Positions 9,169 through 18,488 of a DNA stretch of 50,049 nt are shown piece after piece; the stretch's first letter is position 1; each line of letters opens with the position of its first letter. The notes under the pieces are model-generated. The model was not told the origin of the DNA. It saw nothing but the letters and a program-made list of their open reading frames with translations, and did not search any database. Source of the DNA: a virus (taxonomy: Duplodnaviria; Caudoviricetes); the IMG/VR virus record IMGVR_UViG_3300012942_000060, positions 1 to 50,049 of that record; one strand, given 5' to 3'. The translations under genes were made by a program, and so were the position numbers.

Positions 9169-9521
9169 ACTGCCTCCTGCTCGTGCAGCCAATTTCGATA
9201 GGCAACCGGATGGCGAATGGTTGCCCAGCGACAGGCTTCGGCTTCGGCCTCAGCTTTGAGCGCGGCGATCCGGGCTTCAGCAGGGCGATTGCGCAGGAGG
9301 GCAGTGATCAATTCCTTAATCGTGTCGCTTTCCTTGATGAACCCTTCCAGCCACTCGTCGTCCAGCGTCTCGCCGAGCTCCAGTGCCTTGTTGTCGCGTT
9401 GAGCCAGCAGCCCGGCGACGAATTCACGGTGCCAGTCGGCGCCGTTCTCGGACTCGTACCACGCCCCGGCGGGGTCTGGGTTGACGTCCCAGTCGGACGC
9501 AGCTTCTTGCGGTCTCATCAT
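9165..9521 (-). CDS. Hypothetical phage protein
   Basis: Coupled ORF. Confidence 0.65.
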   Translation of the reverse strand: MMRPQEAASDWDVNPDPAGAWYESENGADWHREFVAGLLAQRDNKALELGETLDDEWLEGFIKESDTIKELITALLRNRPAEARIAALKAEAEAEACRWATIRHPVAYRNWLHEQEAV

Positions 9522-9751
9522 CCGCGCCCTCCGTTTGATTTAGCTCCGCGCCGTGCCTGGCTTTCGAGGGATCCTGGCGTCAGGCCGTCGATGCGACCAG
9601 ACGCTCCTTGCGGGCACTTACGGATTTTCCCGCCAGCAGCCAGAAAGGCGGCTGTGTCCGCCGCGATCTGATCGCGGAGCTGGCGGCGTGCGAATGTCGG
9701 GCGCGTACTGACCATGGGCTCGCGGCTTGGAGTGAGAATGATCTGGCTCAT
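9518..9751 (-). CDS. SutA-like (RNA-polymerase-binding domain) small protein
   Basis: RRQLRDQIAADTAAFLAAGGKIRK resembles the SutA 'EEFLARGGKV' helix; first gene after OL. Confidence 0.6.
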   Translation of the reverse strand: MSQIILTPSREPMVSTRPTFARRQLRDQIAADTAAFLAAGGKIRKCPQGASGRIDGLTPGSLESQARRGAKSNGGRG

Positions 9752-9786
9752 GTCTGGTGGCTCCGTTGGTGTTCGATGGAGATAAT

Positions 9787-9826
9787 TATGGGTAATCCCA
9801 TAAATAAATCAATGGGAAATCCCATA
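9787..9826. promoter_or_regulatory. Left operator OL (two 16-bp palindromic repressor sites)
   Basis: TATGGGTAATCCCATA (9787-9802) and AATGGGAAATCCCATA (9811-9826), 24-bp period. Confidence 0.85.
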
Positions 9827-9921
9827 TTATTTGTGACTATCCGGTCACGGAGCCGGCACCAGAGCCAATGCCTGCACGGTCCAGACTGGTAGGGTGATGG
9901 GAAACAACGGAGGGGCAGGGG

Positions 9922-10125
9922 ATGAAACACGCAATGAACACGGCACATGAAGCCATCGACGACCTGGAGCGCCTGGCGGCACTGTGCGCGACTATCGTGG
10001 AGACGCTGGGGGAATCGGCGGGAGAGGGGTCAGCCGAATACCGGGCTCAGATGCTGGCGGAGCTGGGGGCAAAGCATGGGCAGGGCAGGGTAGCGGAGTT
10101 GCGCGGGGCGCTGGATGGGGAGTGA
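9922..10125 (+). CDS. Hypothetical protein
   Basis: 67 aa ORF ending just before a terminator hairpin. Confidence 0.45.
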   Translation: MKHAMNTAHEAIDDLERLAALCATIVETLGESAGEGSAEYRAQMLAELGAKHGQGRVAELRGALDGE

Positions 10126-10156
10126 TCTTGTCCTAGGACAAACGGTAGATATGAAT

Positions 10157-10176
10157 AAGCCCGCCGGAGCGGGCTT
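10157..10176. terminator. Hairpin between convergent genes
   Basis: AAGCCCGC-cgga-GCGGGCTT. Confidence 0.6.
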
Positions 10177-10178
10177 GG

Positions 10179-11081
10179 TTATCCCTGAATTGGGAGCCTA
10201 AGTTGCGAGGCTGCGCGCCGGTGCTCCAAGACTGCCAGTATTTGGTACTCTGCTTTGAGTTGATCGCCAACCAGTGTCTTGTCCTCCCGAAGACGAACTT
10301 TGAGAATGTCGCCCTTCGAAAAGTGTTCCTGGTTGAGGTCGACGCGGTTCAGAAAGTCGTCATCAGTGATGGATGCATAAAACGTTGATATTCCATCAAA
10401 AAACCGCCATTTATTGTCGTCTTTGAAGGCGATATTGACCAGTTGGAGACTAACTTCCCGCTCCGAGGATTCCAGATCCTCAGGCTCTTGCTCAGGAGCA
10501 ACAAAGTATCGTGATTCAGGTTTCGACACGGCCGAGAAATCTTGATCTCCCTGTCGTACCGCGAAGTATTCGATGCCCTCTTTTTGGAGAGGAGAGTGGA
10601 TAAGTTCCTGGAAAGCTTTCCGCAAACGAAAGCTCCTGAATAGATCAAGCGTCTCCTGTTCTGTTTCGAAGTGTTCATCATCACAGAACACTTTAACTTT
10701 ACCTGTGTTGATGACCTCGACTTTTGTGATCGGACGGCCCTTGGTCCAACGAATCAACTGAAGCGCGCCGGTTGTTGCGCCGGTGCCGAGGCCTATCAAC
10801 CCGGCGAGGTTGAGTGCTGCCGTAACAGGGGCTCCATTGAACAGATCAATAGCCTGCTGAAAAAGGCTCTGCACGACGGATATATCAATGGCAAAGCACC
10901 CAGTCTTGAAGGAACCTTTAACGCTTACCGCAACCTTGGCTTTGCCATGATTTAGAAGGGAGTTGGCTTCTTCAAAAATGTCACCCAGCGCAAGTAGCGC
11001 AGGCGCAAGATCGCGAACCTCCATCTCGTGAGAGGTTAAGGCTGGCCCATCGTATACGATCTGGAAGGTTGCGTTGCTCAT
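10179..11081 (-). CDS. Accessory (moron) protein downstream of cI, function unknown
   Basis: 300 aa, AT-richer than flanks; YDGPALTSHEMEVRDLAPALLAL, KWRFFDG, FSKGDILKV. Confidence 0.8.
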   Translation of the reverse strand: MSNATFQIVYDGPALTSHEMEVRDLAPALLALGDIFEEANSLLNHGKAKVAVSVKGSFKTGCFAIDISVVQSLFQQAIDLFNGAPVTAALNLAGLIGLGTGATTGALQLIRWTKGRPITKVEVINTGKVKVFCDDEHFETEQETLDLFRSFRLRKAFQELIHSPLQKEGIEYFAVRQGDQDFSAVSKPESRYFVAPEQEPEDLESSEREVSLQLVNIAFKDDNKWRFFDGISTFYASITDDDFLNRVDLNQEHFSKGDILKVRLREDKTLVGDQLKAEYQILAVLEHRRAASQLRLPIQG

Positions 11082-11227
11082 GTCGCGATTATCGGACTGT
11101 AAGGAACTGCTGTCCACGGCGCTACCCCGTCTGAGTCGTTTTTGTTCTATTTCAGCGAACTGAAAGAGCTTCCAACTTACCCGATGACCTGGCTGTGATC
11201 CAGTTCACAGAGCGACCGGGCGGTCAG

Positions 11228-11917
11228 CTACAGACCGCCCCCACGCCAGGCCACCCGCCCGATGATCGGCATTGCATGTAGCGCGTCGGGGCTGGCCGGT
11301 TCGTCCGGGAAGCGCTTCTTGTCTTGGTTGTCGCTGGCAACCGTCCACTCGCCCGTGACAGAGCTTTGCAGTAGCCGCTTCACGCTGACTTCGTTGTTTG
11401 GTCGTCGGATGGCGTAGATCTTGCCGCTCCTTGGCTCTCTGTCTGACAGGTCCACCAGCATCACCTCCCCATCCTGGATGGTGTCGGTCATGCTCTCTCC
11501 CACCGCGTAGATCACGCACAGGCTCTCAGGTCTGAGCCCCAATTTGTGCAGCCACTCGCGCCGGAACGCCAATCCGCCCTTGACCTCGACATGATCGTTC
11601 AGGCAGCCGTTGCCGGCCGCTGCGCGAGCGTCGTATTGGGGGATCAGGGCGTAATCCCGCTCAGAGGGAGCGCGGTCGTAGTCTGCCAGAGGCTCGGCAA
11701 CCCCGACAGGCTCAATCATCAAACCTTCGCCAGTTGCCAACCAACCAGGGCTGACGCCGCAGGCACTGGCGATCTGGTAGGAATACGAAGACGACACACT
11801 CTTCCCGCGTTCAAGGTCGGAAATGGACGTCTGGTTGAGCCCGATTCGAGACGCCAGTTGAGCCTGAGTGAGCTCGGCATGCTTGCGGGCGGCTTTGATC
11901 CTGTCTTTGTATTCCAT
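11228..11917 (-). CDS. cI: CI-like repressor (XRE HTH + S24 peptidase)
   Basis: LTQAQLASRIGLNQTSISDLERG; AAAGNG cleavage site; GESM and VKRL catalytic motifs. Confidence 0.93.
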   Translation of the reverse strand: MEYKDRIKAARKHAELTQAQLASRIGLNQTSISDLERGKSVSSSYSYQIASACGVSPGWLATGEGLMIEPVGVAEPLADYDRAPSERDYALIPQYDARAAAGNGCLNDHVEVKGGLAFRREWLHKLGLRPESLCVIYAVGESMTDTIQDGEVMLVDLSDREPRSGKIYAIRRPNNEVSVKRLLQSSVTGEWTVASDNQDKKRFPDEPASPDALHAMPIIGRVAWRGGGL

Positions 11918-11928
11918 GGCCGCATTTA

Positions 11929-11992
11929 TATGGGAAGCCCCATACGCTTGCAAAAGGGATTGCCCATATTTATGATTATGGGAAATCCCATA
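11929..11992. promoter_or_regulatory. Right operator OR (three 16-bp sites)
   Basis: TATGGGAAGCCCCATA 11929, AAAGGGATTGCCCATA 11953, TATGGGAAATCCCATA 11977; between divergent cI and cro. Confidence 0.88.
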
Positions 11993-12005
11993 TTTGAGAT
12001 CAGAA

Positions 12006-12221
12006 ATGGATAACATTTATCAGTCTCTCGTGACCCACTTTGGTGGGCAAATCAAAGCCGCCGAGGCCCTGCATGTTGATCAGTCAACCATCTCAGGCTG
12101 GGTTCGCGGCATGCACGGCATGTCGCCCGGGACCGCCATCCGTGCCGAGAGGGCGACGGAGGGGAGATTTTCGCGCCGCGACCTGTGCCCCAGCTTCCCT
12201 TGGGACGATGAGGCTGCCTGA
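12006..12221 (+). CDS. cro: Cro-like repressor
   Basis: FGGQIKAAEALHVDQSTISGW...DLCPS; divergent from cI. Confidence 0.88.
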   Translation: MDNIYQSLVTHFGGQIKAAEALHVDQSTISGWVRGMHGMSPGTAIRAERATEGRFSRRDLCPSFPWDDEAA

Positions 12222-12301
12222 TCGGCGGCCCGTTTTTATTTACCCAAATACGGCGTTCCGACGCCTTCCGACAGCGTGGGAACGGGTAGGAGAGAGCAGA
12301 A

Positions 12302-12688
12302 ATGCAGCAGGCGACACTCTTCCACGAAGACATCTTTGATGCGCTACGAACCGACATCCTGATGCTCGGCGGACCAAAGGCGGTTGGCGCGATGCTCAAG
12401 CCGGAAGCGGACCCGCAGGCAGCGGGCCGGTGGCTCTCCGACTGCATCAACACTGCCAAGGCTGAAAAGCTGGGGCTGGAGCAGATGATCTTCATCATGC
12501 GCAAGACTCGGGAGCGGGGATCGTCGGCAGCGATGTTCTTCCTGGCTGATGAGTGCGGGTACAGCCGCCCTCAGCCCATCGAACCCGAAGACGAACGGGC
12601 CAAACTCCAACGGGAATACATCGGCGCCACCAAGGCCTTGGCCAAGATCGCAGATCGGGCCGAGCGCCTGTTTGGAGGTGCGGCATGA
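12302..12688 (+). CDS. CII-position regulatory protein
   Basis: GGPKAVGAML...LSDCIN...EKL; position after cro. Confidence 0.6.
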   Translation: MQQATLFHEDIFDALRTDILMLGGPKAVGAMLKPEADPQAAGRWLSDCINTAKAEKLGLEQMIFIMRKTRERGSSAAMFFLADECGYSRPQPIEPEDERAKLQREYIGATKALAKIADRAERLFGGAA

Positions 12689-12736
12689 CAACCGGGCGGA
12701 TCTACCTCGACACGTCTGTTTCCTACGAGGTGCGTT

Positions 12737-13633
12737 ATGCGTGATTACGGCATCGTCTCGCCACAGTTTTGGATCGGTAAAACAGGCAAGGCTTTGCGTG
12801 GGGACATGCCCGCTCAAGTTCTGGCCATGTATCTGATGACGTCCCCTCACTCCACGATGACCGGCGTTTTTCATTGCCCGGTCATCTACATGGCTCACGA
12901 AACAGGCATGGAAATGGAAGGGGCTTCGAAGGCCCTTCAAAGGCTCATAGATGGGGGATTTTGCGAGTACGAAGAGGCTTCTGAGACTGTTTTTGTGGTG
13001 CGAATGGCTGCCTACCAAATCGGTGAACTCCTGAGCGAGGGAGATAAGCGCGTGAAAGGGCTCCAGAAAGAGGTCTCAAAAATGCCCGCAGGCCGCATAA
13101 AGTCTCGGTTTATTGAGGTTTACGGCACCGCATATCACCTTGTGGATAACTCAGAAAAAGCAAGCCCCTCCGAAGCCCCTTGCAAGCCCCTCCGAAGCCA
13201 GGAACAGGAACAGGAACAGGAACAGGAACAGGAACAGGAACAGGAACAGGAACAGGAACAGGAAATTGCGCCTCCGGCGGATGGCGCGGACAAGCCGCGC
13301 AAACCTGCGCCCAAGGCCAAGCTCACCAAATCCGACCTGATCAACGATTTTGAGATTCCCGAAGACCTGGCTGTCCAGTTCCTCCAGATCCGCAAAGACA
13401 AGCGACTAACCCTGACGCCCAAGGCCATGGACGGCTTGCTGCGTGAGTTCGAGAAGGCGGGTTTGCCGGTGGTGTCTGGCATCGAGCTGTGCTGCCAAAG
13501 GTCTTGGGGAGCATTCAGTGCGAGCTGGAATTGGCGAGGCAGCGGCCCCGCTGGACAGCCAGCAACGTCGCACTCCGGATTTGATAAACGCGAATACACC
13601 GAACACATGCCCGACTGGGCGCAGGAGGCCTGA
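12737..13633 (+). CDS. Phage replication initiation protein
   Basis: MRDYGIVSPQFW N-terminal HTH, internal iterons and (QE)n linker, precedes DnaC-like gene. Confidence 0.8.
   Translation: MRDYGIVSPQFWIGKTGKALRGDMPAQVLAMYLMTSPHSTMTGVFHCPVIYMAHETGMEMEGASKALQRLIDGGFCEYEEASETVFVVRMAAYQIGELLSEGDKRVKGLQKEVSKMPAGRIKSRFIEVYGTAYHLVDNSEKASPSEAPCKPLRSQEQEQEQEQEQEQEQEQEQEQEIAPPADGADKPRKPAPKAKLTKSDLINDFEIPEDLAVQFLQIRKDKRLTLTPKAMDGLLREFEKAGLPVVSGIELCCQRSWGAFSASWNWRGSGPAGQPATSHSGFDKREYTEHMPDWAQEA
13141..13199. promoter_or_regulatory. Putative phage replication origin (DnaA box + iterons)
   Basis: TGTGGATAA (=TTATCCACA) at 13141-13149, then repeated AAGCCCCT units. Confidence 0.6.
13199..13264 (+). repeat. 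(CAGGAA)11 microsatellite encoding (QE)11
   Basis: Eleven perfect hexamer copies. Confidence 0.95.
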
Positions 13634-14478
13634 TGGACACGACAGCCGAAACGATCATCGCCGAGTTTTGCGAGAAGCACGGCGAATACGAAGCCAAGTG
13701 CCAGGAAGTGCTTGGCCGGAAATTCTCGACGGGATGCCCTGACTGCGACGCCGAGCGTGCGGCGGCGGAGAAGATCGAGACGGAGCGCCGCTGCCGTGAG
13801 GCCCGCACGCACCGGCTGCGCGAGCTGATGCACGGTTCGCTGATCCCGAAACGGTTTGCCGGTTACGGGTTCGATGATTACCTCCCGCCGAACGACAGGG
13901 CGCGGAAGGCGCTAGCCACCTGCAAGCGGTACGCGGAGAAGTTCGAGGACCGGCTGAGCATGGGCGGCGGACTGGTTCTGTGCGGAACCCCTGGGACCGG
14001 CAAAACGCATCTGGCGTGTGCCATCGCCAATCACGTCATCCGGGAGTTCTACCGCGTCGCGCTGTTCACGTCGGTGACCAAGATGTCTCGCGCCGTGAAA
14101 GCGACGTACTCGCCGAAAGCCGACCGGACGGAAGACCAAGTTATTCGGGATTTCGTCGCTCCCGACCTACTGATCCTGGATGAAGTCGGCGCTCAGCGGG
14201 GCACAGAAACGGAGCTGCTGCTGGCGCAGGAAATTCTCGACGAACGGTATCAGGAAGTCCGCCCGACGATCCTGATTTCCAACCTTCCTGAATCGGACCT
14301 CGGAAAGTACATCGGCGACCGCGCACTGGATCGGATGTACGAGGGCGGCGGGGCCATTCTGGCGTTCGATTGGGAAAGTCACCGCCGATCAGGGCAGGGC
14401 CGCAGTTACGAGCACCCGGAAGCGCAGGACATGTCGCCGTCCGACCGGGCAATCCTGGCGGTCAATGGAAACCTGTGA
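13633..14478 (+). CDS. DnaC/IstB-like helicase loader ATPase
   Basis: N-terminal Zn motif, GTPGTGKT, LLILDEVG, TILISN. Confidence 0.92.
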   Translation: MDTTAETIIAEFCEKHGEYEAKCQEVLGRKFSTGCPDCDAERAAAEKIETERRCREARTHRLRELMHGSLIPKRFAGYGFDDYLPPNDRARKALATCKRYAEKFEDRLSMGGGLVLCGTPGTGKTHLACAIANHVIREFYRVALFTSVTKMSRAVKATYSPKADRTEDQVIRDFVAPDLLILDEVGAQRGTETELLLAQEILDERYQEVRPTILISNLPESDLGKYIGDRALDRMYEGGGAILAFDWESHRRSGQGRSYEHPEAQDMSPSDRAILAVNGNL

Positions 14479-14491
14479 GCGGAGGTGCGTG

Positions 14492-14782
14492 ATGAAAACC
14501 AACGTTGCAGACAGCAGTCTTGAGGCATTCGACAGCCTCAGATTCCGCCACTTGGGAGCGCAGGAGATGCTGGTTGTTTCCGCTGTCGCCGCCTTCGGTG
14601 ACTGGGTAAGCCGCCGGCAGATCGCCACGTACACGGGGCTGGAAACCGCCACGGTCGCTGCCCGCGTCAACGCTCTGGTGTGTGCCGGTCGGCTCATCGA
14701 GAGCGCCAGAACGATGGCGTGCCCGATCACCGGGCGGCAGGTCCACATGGTTACCCTCCCAAAAGTCGAGGAAGCAGCATGA
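14492..14782 (+). CDS. Winged-HTH protein
   Basis: SRRQIATYTGLETATVAARVNAL; CPITGR. Confidence 0.7.
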   Translation: MKTNVADSSLEAFDSLRFRHLGAQEMLVVSAVAAFGDWVSRRQIATYTGLETATVAARVNALVCAGRLIESARTMACPITGRQVHMVTLPKVEEAA

Positions 14783-16986
14783 GTGCATACCAACAGTTCA
14801 TCAAAAAGAAGCAATTTAACCAGGTGTGCGTCGGTTTCGAGCCGCAGTTTCTGTCCAAGAAATTACGCGACTTCCAACGCGCTATCGCAGATTGGGCCTG
14901 CCGTCGCGGTCGAGCTGCTGTTTTCGCGGATACCGGCCTGGGCAAGACCATCATGGAGCTGGAGTGGGCCAACCAGGTCGCCGACAAGACCGGCCGGCCG
15001 GTACTGATTGTCGCGCCGCTTTGTGTCGCTCACCAGCACATCCGTGAGGCAAAGAAGTTCGGCATGGAAGCGGTCTATGCGCGGGAGCAATGCGAGGTCT
15101 CTGACCGCATCGTTGTCACCAACTACGAGATGCTGAGTTGGTTCGATCTGCGCGAGTTCGGCGGTGTGGTGCTGGATGAATCCAGCATCCTCAAGAACAG
15201 CATGGGCAAGACGCGCAACAAAATCATCGCGGACTGCCAGACAGTCAACTATCGACTGTCCTGCACCGCCACTCCGTCCCCGAACGACCACATGGAACTG
15301 GGCAACCAGGCCGAGTTCCTGGGCCTGATGACCCAAGCTGAAATGCTCGCCATGTTTTTCACTCATGACGGCGGTGAGACTCAAAAATGGCGACTGAAAG
15401 GGCACGGCAAAACCAAGTTCTGGGAGTGGATGGCAACCTGGAGCATTTGCGTTCGCAAACCATCGGATCTGGGGTTCTCTGATGATGGATACAACCTGCC
15501 GGCACTGACTGTGGTGCAGCATGAAGTCGAATCACATGAGCCCCAGGAAGGGGAGCTGTTCGTCACCGAGGCACAAACCCTCACCGAGCGCCGCCGGGCT
15601 CAACGGGAAAGTATTGCAGACCGCGTGGCGAAAGTGGCCGAGATCGCAAACGCGGATAACGAGCAATGGCTGATCTGGTGTCACCTGAATGACGAATCCG
15701 ATGCCCTGGTGAAGGCGATTGATGGTGCCGAGGCCGTTAAGGGCAGCGACACCATCGAGCAGAAAGAAGACCGGATGATGCGGTTCAGTGCCGGCGCGCT
15801 TCGGGTGCTGGTCACCAAGCCATCTATCGCCGGTTTCGGCATGAACTGGCAACACTGCAACCGCATGGCCTTCGTCGGGCTCTCCGATTCGTTCGAGCAG
15901 TATTACCAGGCCGTTCGCCGCTGCTATCGGTTCGGCCAGAAGAGGCCGGTACAGGTGCATATCGTCACCGCTCAAGCGGAGGGTGCCGTGAAAGCCAACA
16001 TTGAGCGCAAGCGGGCTCAGGCCGAGGAAATGAGCGAATCCATGGTTATTCACATGCGCGGGCTCATGCAAACCAATATCCAGGGGGCAACGATGGAAAA
16101 GGCTGATCATCGGGAGGATGTGGCCAGGGGTGAGGGATGGACCCTTCACCTTGGAGATTGCGTTCAGGTTGCTTCGCGGTTCGATGAAAATAGTCTGGAT
16201 TACAGCGTATTCAGTCCGCCCTTCGCATCGCTGTACACCTACAGCAACAGCGATTACGACATGGGTAATTGTCGCAACGATGCGGAGTTCTACGAGCAGT
16301 TTCAATTCTTGATCCGGGAGATGTACCGCGCCACCAAGCCGGGGCGGCTGGTCAGCTTCCATTGCATGAACCTGCCCACCAGCAAGGCCAATCACGGCTA
16401 CATCGGCATTCGGGACTTCCGCGGGGAAATGATCCGCGCGTTCGAGCGGGAAGGATGGATCTTCCACAGCGAGGTATGCATCTGGAAAGACCCGGTAGTG
16501 GCCATGCAGCGCACCAAGGCCCTAGGGCTGCTGTGGAAGCAGCTCAAGAAAGACAGCGCCATGAGCCGCCAGGGTATTCCCGATTACCTGGTGACCATGC
16601 GCAAACCGGGGGACAACCCCAATCCCATCGACCACGCGCCCGAGGATTTCCCAGTAGACCTGTGGCAGAAGATCGCCTCGCCGGTCTGGATGGATGTGAA
16701 GCCCAGCCGAACGCTTCAGTACCGCGAAGCCCGTGACAACGATGACGAACGTCACATCTGCCCGCTTCAGCTCGACGTGATCGAGCGTGCCCTGATGCTG
16801 TGGAGCCAGAAAGGCGATTTGGTCTTCTCGCCCTTCGCCGGCATCGGATCAGAGGGGTACTGCGCACTCAAGATGGGCCGACGGTTCGTCGGGTCAGAAC
16901 TCAAGCCCAGCTATTGGGAAGTGGCCAGGAAAAACCTGAAAGCCGCGGTATTGGAGCAGGGCGATCTGTTCCGGGAGGCAATATGA
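14779..16986 (+). CDS. SNF2-like helicase fused to N4/N6 DNA methyltransferase
   Basis: DTGLGKT, LDESS, TATPSPND, QAVRRCYRFGQ; then FSPPF (motif IV) and FSPFAGIGSEG (motif I). Confidence 0.9.
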   Translation: MSAYQQFIKKKQFNQVCVGFEPQFLSKKLRDFQRAIADWACRRGRAAVFADTGLGKTIMELEWANQVADKTGRPVLIVAPLCVAHQHIREAKKFGMEAVYAREQCEVSDRIVVTNYEMLSWFDLREFGGVVLDESSILKNSMGKTRNKIIADCQTVNYRLSCTATPSPNDHMELGNQAEFLGLMTQAEMLAMFFTHDGGETQKWRLKGHGKTKFWEWMATWSICVRKPSDLGFSDDGYNLPALTVVQHEVESHEPQEGELFVTEAQTLTERRRAQRESIADRVAKVAEIANADNEQWLIWCHLNDESDALVKAIDGAEAVKGSDTIEQKEDRMMRFSAGALRVLVTKPSIAGFGMNWQHCNRMAFVGLSDSFEQYYQAVRRCYRFGQKRPVQVHIVTAQAEGAVKANIERKRAQAEEMSESMVIHMRGLMQTNIQGATMEKADHREDVARGEGWTLHLGDCVQVASRFDENSLDYSVFSPPFASLYTYSNSDYDMGNCRNDAEFYEQFQFLIREMYRATKPGRLVSFHCMNLPTSKANHGYIGIRDFRGEMIRAFEREGWIFHSEVCIWKDPVVAMQRTKALGLLWKQLKKDSAMSRQGIPDYLVTMRKPGDNPNPIDHAPEDFPVDLWQKIASPVWMDVKPSRTLQYREARDNDDERHICPLQLDVIERALMLWSQKGDLVFSPFAGIGSEGYCALKMGRRFVGSELKPSYWEVARKNLKAAVLEQGDLFREAI

Positions 16987-17216
16987 AATCATCGACGCAA
17001 ACTGCTGCCTGGGCCACCACTGACGAAATCCGCTACCTAAAAAGCGTGGTGGCTCGCAACGGCAAACCAATCAGCGACCGAACATCAATCACAGTTAACG
17101 CTCGCCATTTCCTGTTGGCGTGGCTGTACTGGCACCGGAAGCGCGAATGGCCCAGCGCCGTCAATGTAACCGCGTGCGAGCGCGAGGCGCGGCTGCTGCT
17201 GGAGTCGCTGGAGTAG
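16983..17216 (+). CDS. Hypothetical phage protein
   Basis: SD GGAGG, ATGA overlap. Confidence 0.6.
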   Translation: MKSSTQTAAWATTDEIRYLKSVVARNGKPISDRTSITVNARHFLLAWLYWHRKREWPSAVNVTACEREARLLLESLE

Positions 17217-17219
17217 ACC

Positions 17220-17705
17220 ATGGGACAGCGTGCCACGATGAACAGATCCCTATGCCGTCAGATCACCGAGCGCGGGCAGCTACAGACGCTCACTGACTGG
17301 GTGGCGGCGATGGTGGGCCGAGGGTTGGACGCTGGGCCGGTGCTGGTGACCCTGGGCCGCCCGGCGCGGAGTCAAATCCAAAACGAAAAATTCCATGCGA
17401 TGATTTCCGACATCCACCACCAGGGCTTTCGAGCTTACAGCGCCGAGGGCATGAAAGCCGTGCTGGTCAACCAGTTCGCCCTGGAGATGGCGGAGCAGGG
17501 CACGCCGCTGACGCACCCGGGGGAGACGGTCTGGGATTGGAAACACCAATCGCCGGTGTACGTCCGGCCCACCACCACCAAATTCACAAAATCGGAATGC
17601 GCCGCGTTCATCGAGTGGTTGTACGCCACCGGCACCGAGCTGGGCGTGACGTGGAGCGAGAAGGCGCTGGCCGTATACGCCGAGTACCGGGAGGCGGCCG
17701 CATGA
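17220..17705 (+). CDS. ninB: NinB-like recombination protein
   Basis: RSQIQNEKFHAMISDI, TTKFTKSECAAFIEWLYA...GVTWS. Confidence 0.78.
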   Translation: MGQRATMNRSLCRQITERGQLQTLTDWVAAMVGRGLDAGPVLVTLGRPARSQIQNEKFHAMISDIHHQGFRAYSAEGMKAVLVNQFALEMAEQGTPLTHPGETVWDWKHQSPVYVRPTTTKFTKSECAAFIEWLYATGTELGVTWSEKALAVYAEYREAAA

Positions 17706-18013
17706 GCCGACGAACAACCAAGATCCGCGCCAGCGCCCAAGGTCAGCAATGTCAGCTCCGTTTGCCCGGCGTCTGCAACCACGACCCGGCCACGGTGGTG
17801 GCCTGCCACCTGCGTATCGCGGGCACCTGTGGCGTCGGGCTCAAGCCGTCAGACCTGCTCACTGTGCGCGCCTGCGCCGCGTGCCACGACATTCTGGACG
17901 GTCGATCCAAGGCGCCGCACATCACCCCGGAGGAACTGACGCTGTACGTCCACGAGGCGCACTGTCGGACGCTGGTCGAGTACGAACGGGAGGGCCTGAT
18001 CCATGCCGAGTAA
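17702..18013 (+). CDS. DUF1364/YbcO-like putative nuclease
   Basis: IRASAQGQQCQLRLPGVCNHDPATVVACH, ACAACHDILDG. Confidence 0.85.
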   Translation: MSRRTTKIRASAQGQQCQLRLPGVCNHDPATVVACHLRIAGTCGVGLKPSDLLTVRACAACHDILDGRSKAPHITPEELTLYVHEAHCRTLVEYEREGLIHAE

Positions 18014-18488
18014 AGCCGAGGCGCTGCTGATGCTCCACATCCAGGCGGATGAGCAACTGCGCCGGTGGCCGTGGGAGCGAGAGTATCGGTTCGGTGCCGT
18101 GGCTGCTGGCGGTCGGGGAAAAGGTCTGCGCGCTCGCCTACAGGCGGCAGGCCTGCGCGATTGGCGGTTCGACGTGGCGCTACCCGAGCTGATGCTGGCG
18201 GTGGAGGTCGAGGGTATCACGCACTACGGACGCAACCGAAACGGCTCAATGGCGCTGGGTCGGCATCAGACGGCGAAGGGCATCGAGGGCGACCTGCAAA
18301 AATACGACGCCGCCATGCGGCTCGGCTGGACCGTTTATCGCTGCTCGCAGCATATGGTCGCCAGCGGGCGCGCCGTAGAGACCATCGCGGTGCTGGTGGA
18401 TCAGCTGGCGCTGAAAAGAGAGGCGGAGCGGACCGCCGAAACGAATTATTTCCACGGATCTGGAGGTAGGCAGTATGAGCAAGCGTAA
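18003..18488 (+). CDS. PD-(D/E)xK endonuclease (possible Holliday junction resolvase)
   Basis: EREYRF, WRFDVA, AVEVEG, DLQKYDAAMRLGWTVYR. Confidence 0.8.
   Translation: MPSKAEALLMLHIQADEQLRRWPWEREYRFGAVAAGGRGKGLRARLQAAGLRDWRFDVALPELMLAVEVEGITHYGRNRNGSMALGRHQTAKGIEGDLQKYDAAMRLGWTVYRCSQHMVASGRAVETIAVLVDQLALKREAERTAETNYFHGSGGRQYEQA

Noticed and set aside
11918-12016. N-terminal extension of cI in the ORF track
   Set aside because: Runs through the operators and the cro start; ATG 11917 gives a standard repressor.
13199-13264. Possible CRISPR-like array
   Set aside because: Spacerless hexamer microsatellite inside a coding region; no CRISPR array or cas genes were seen in the window.
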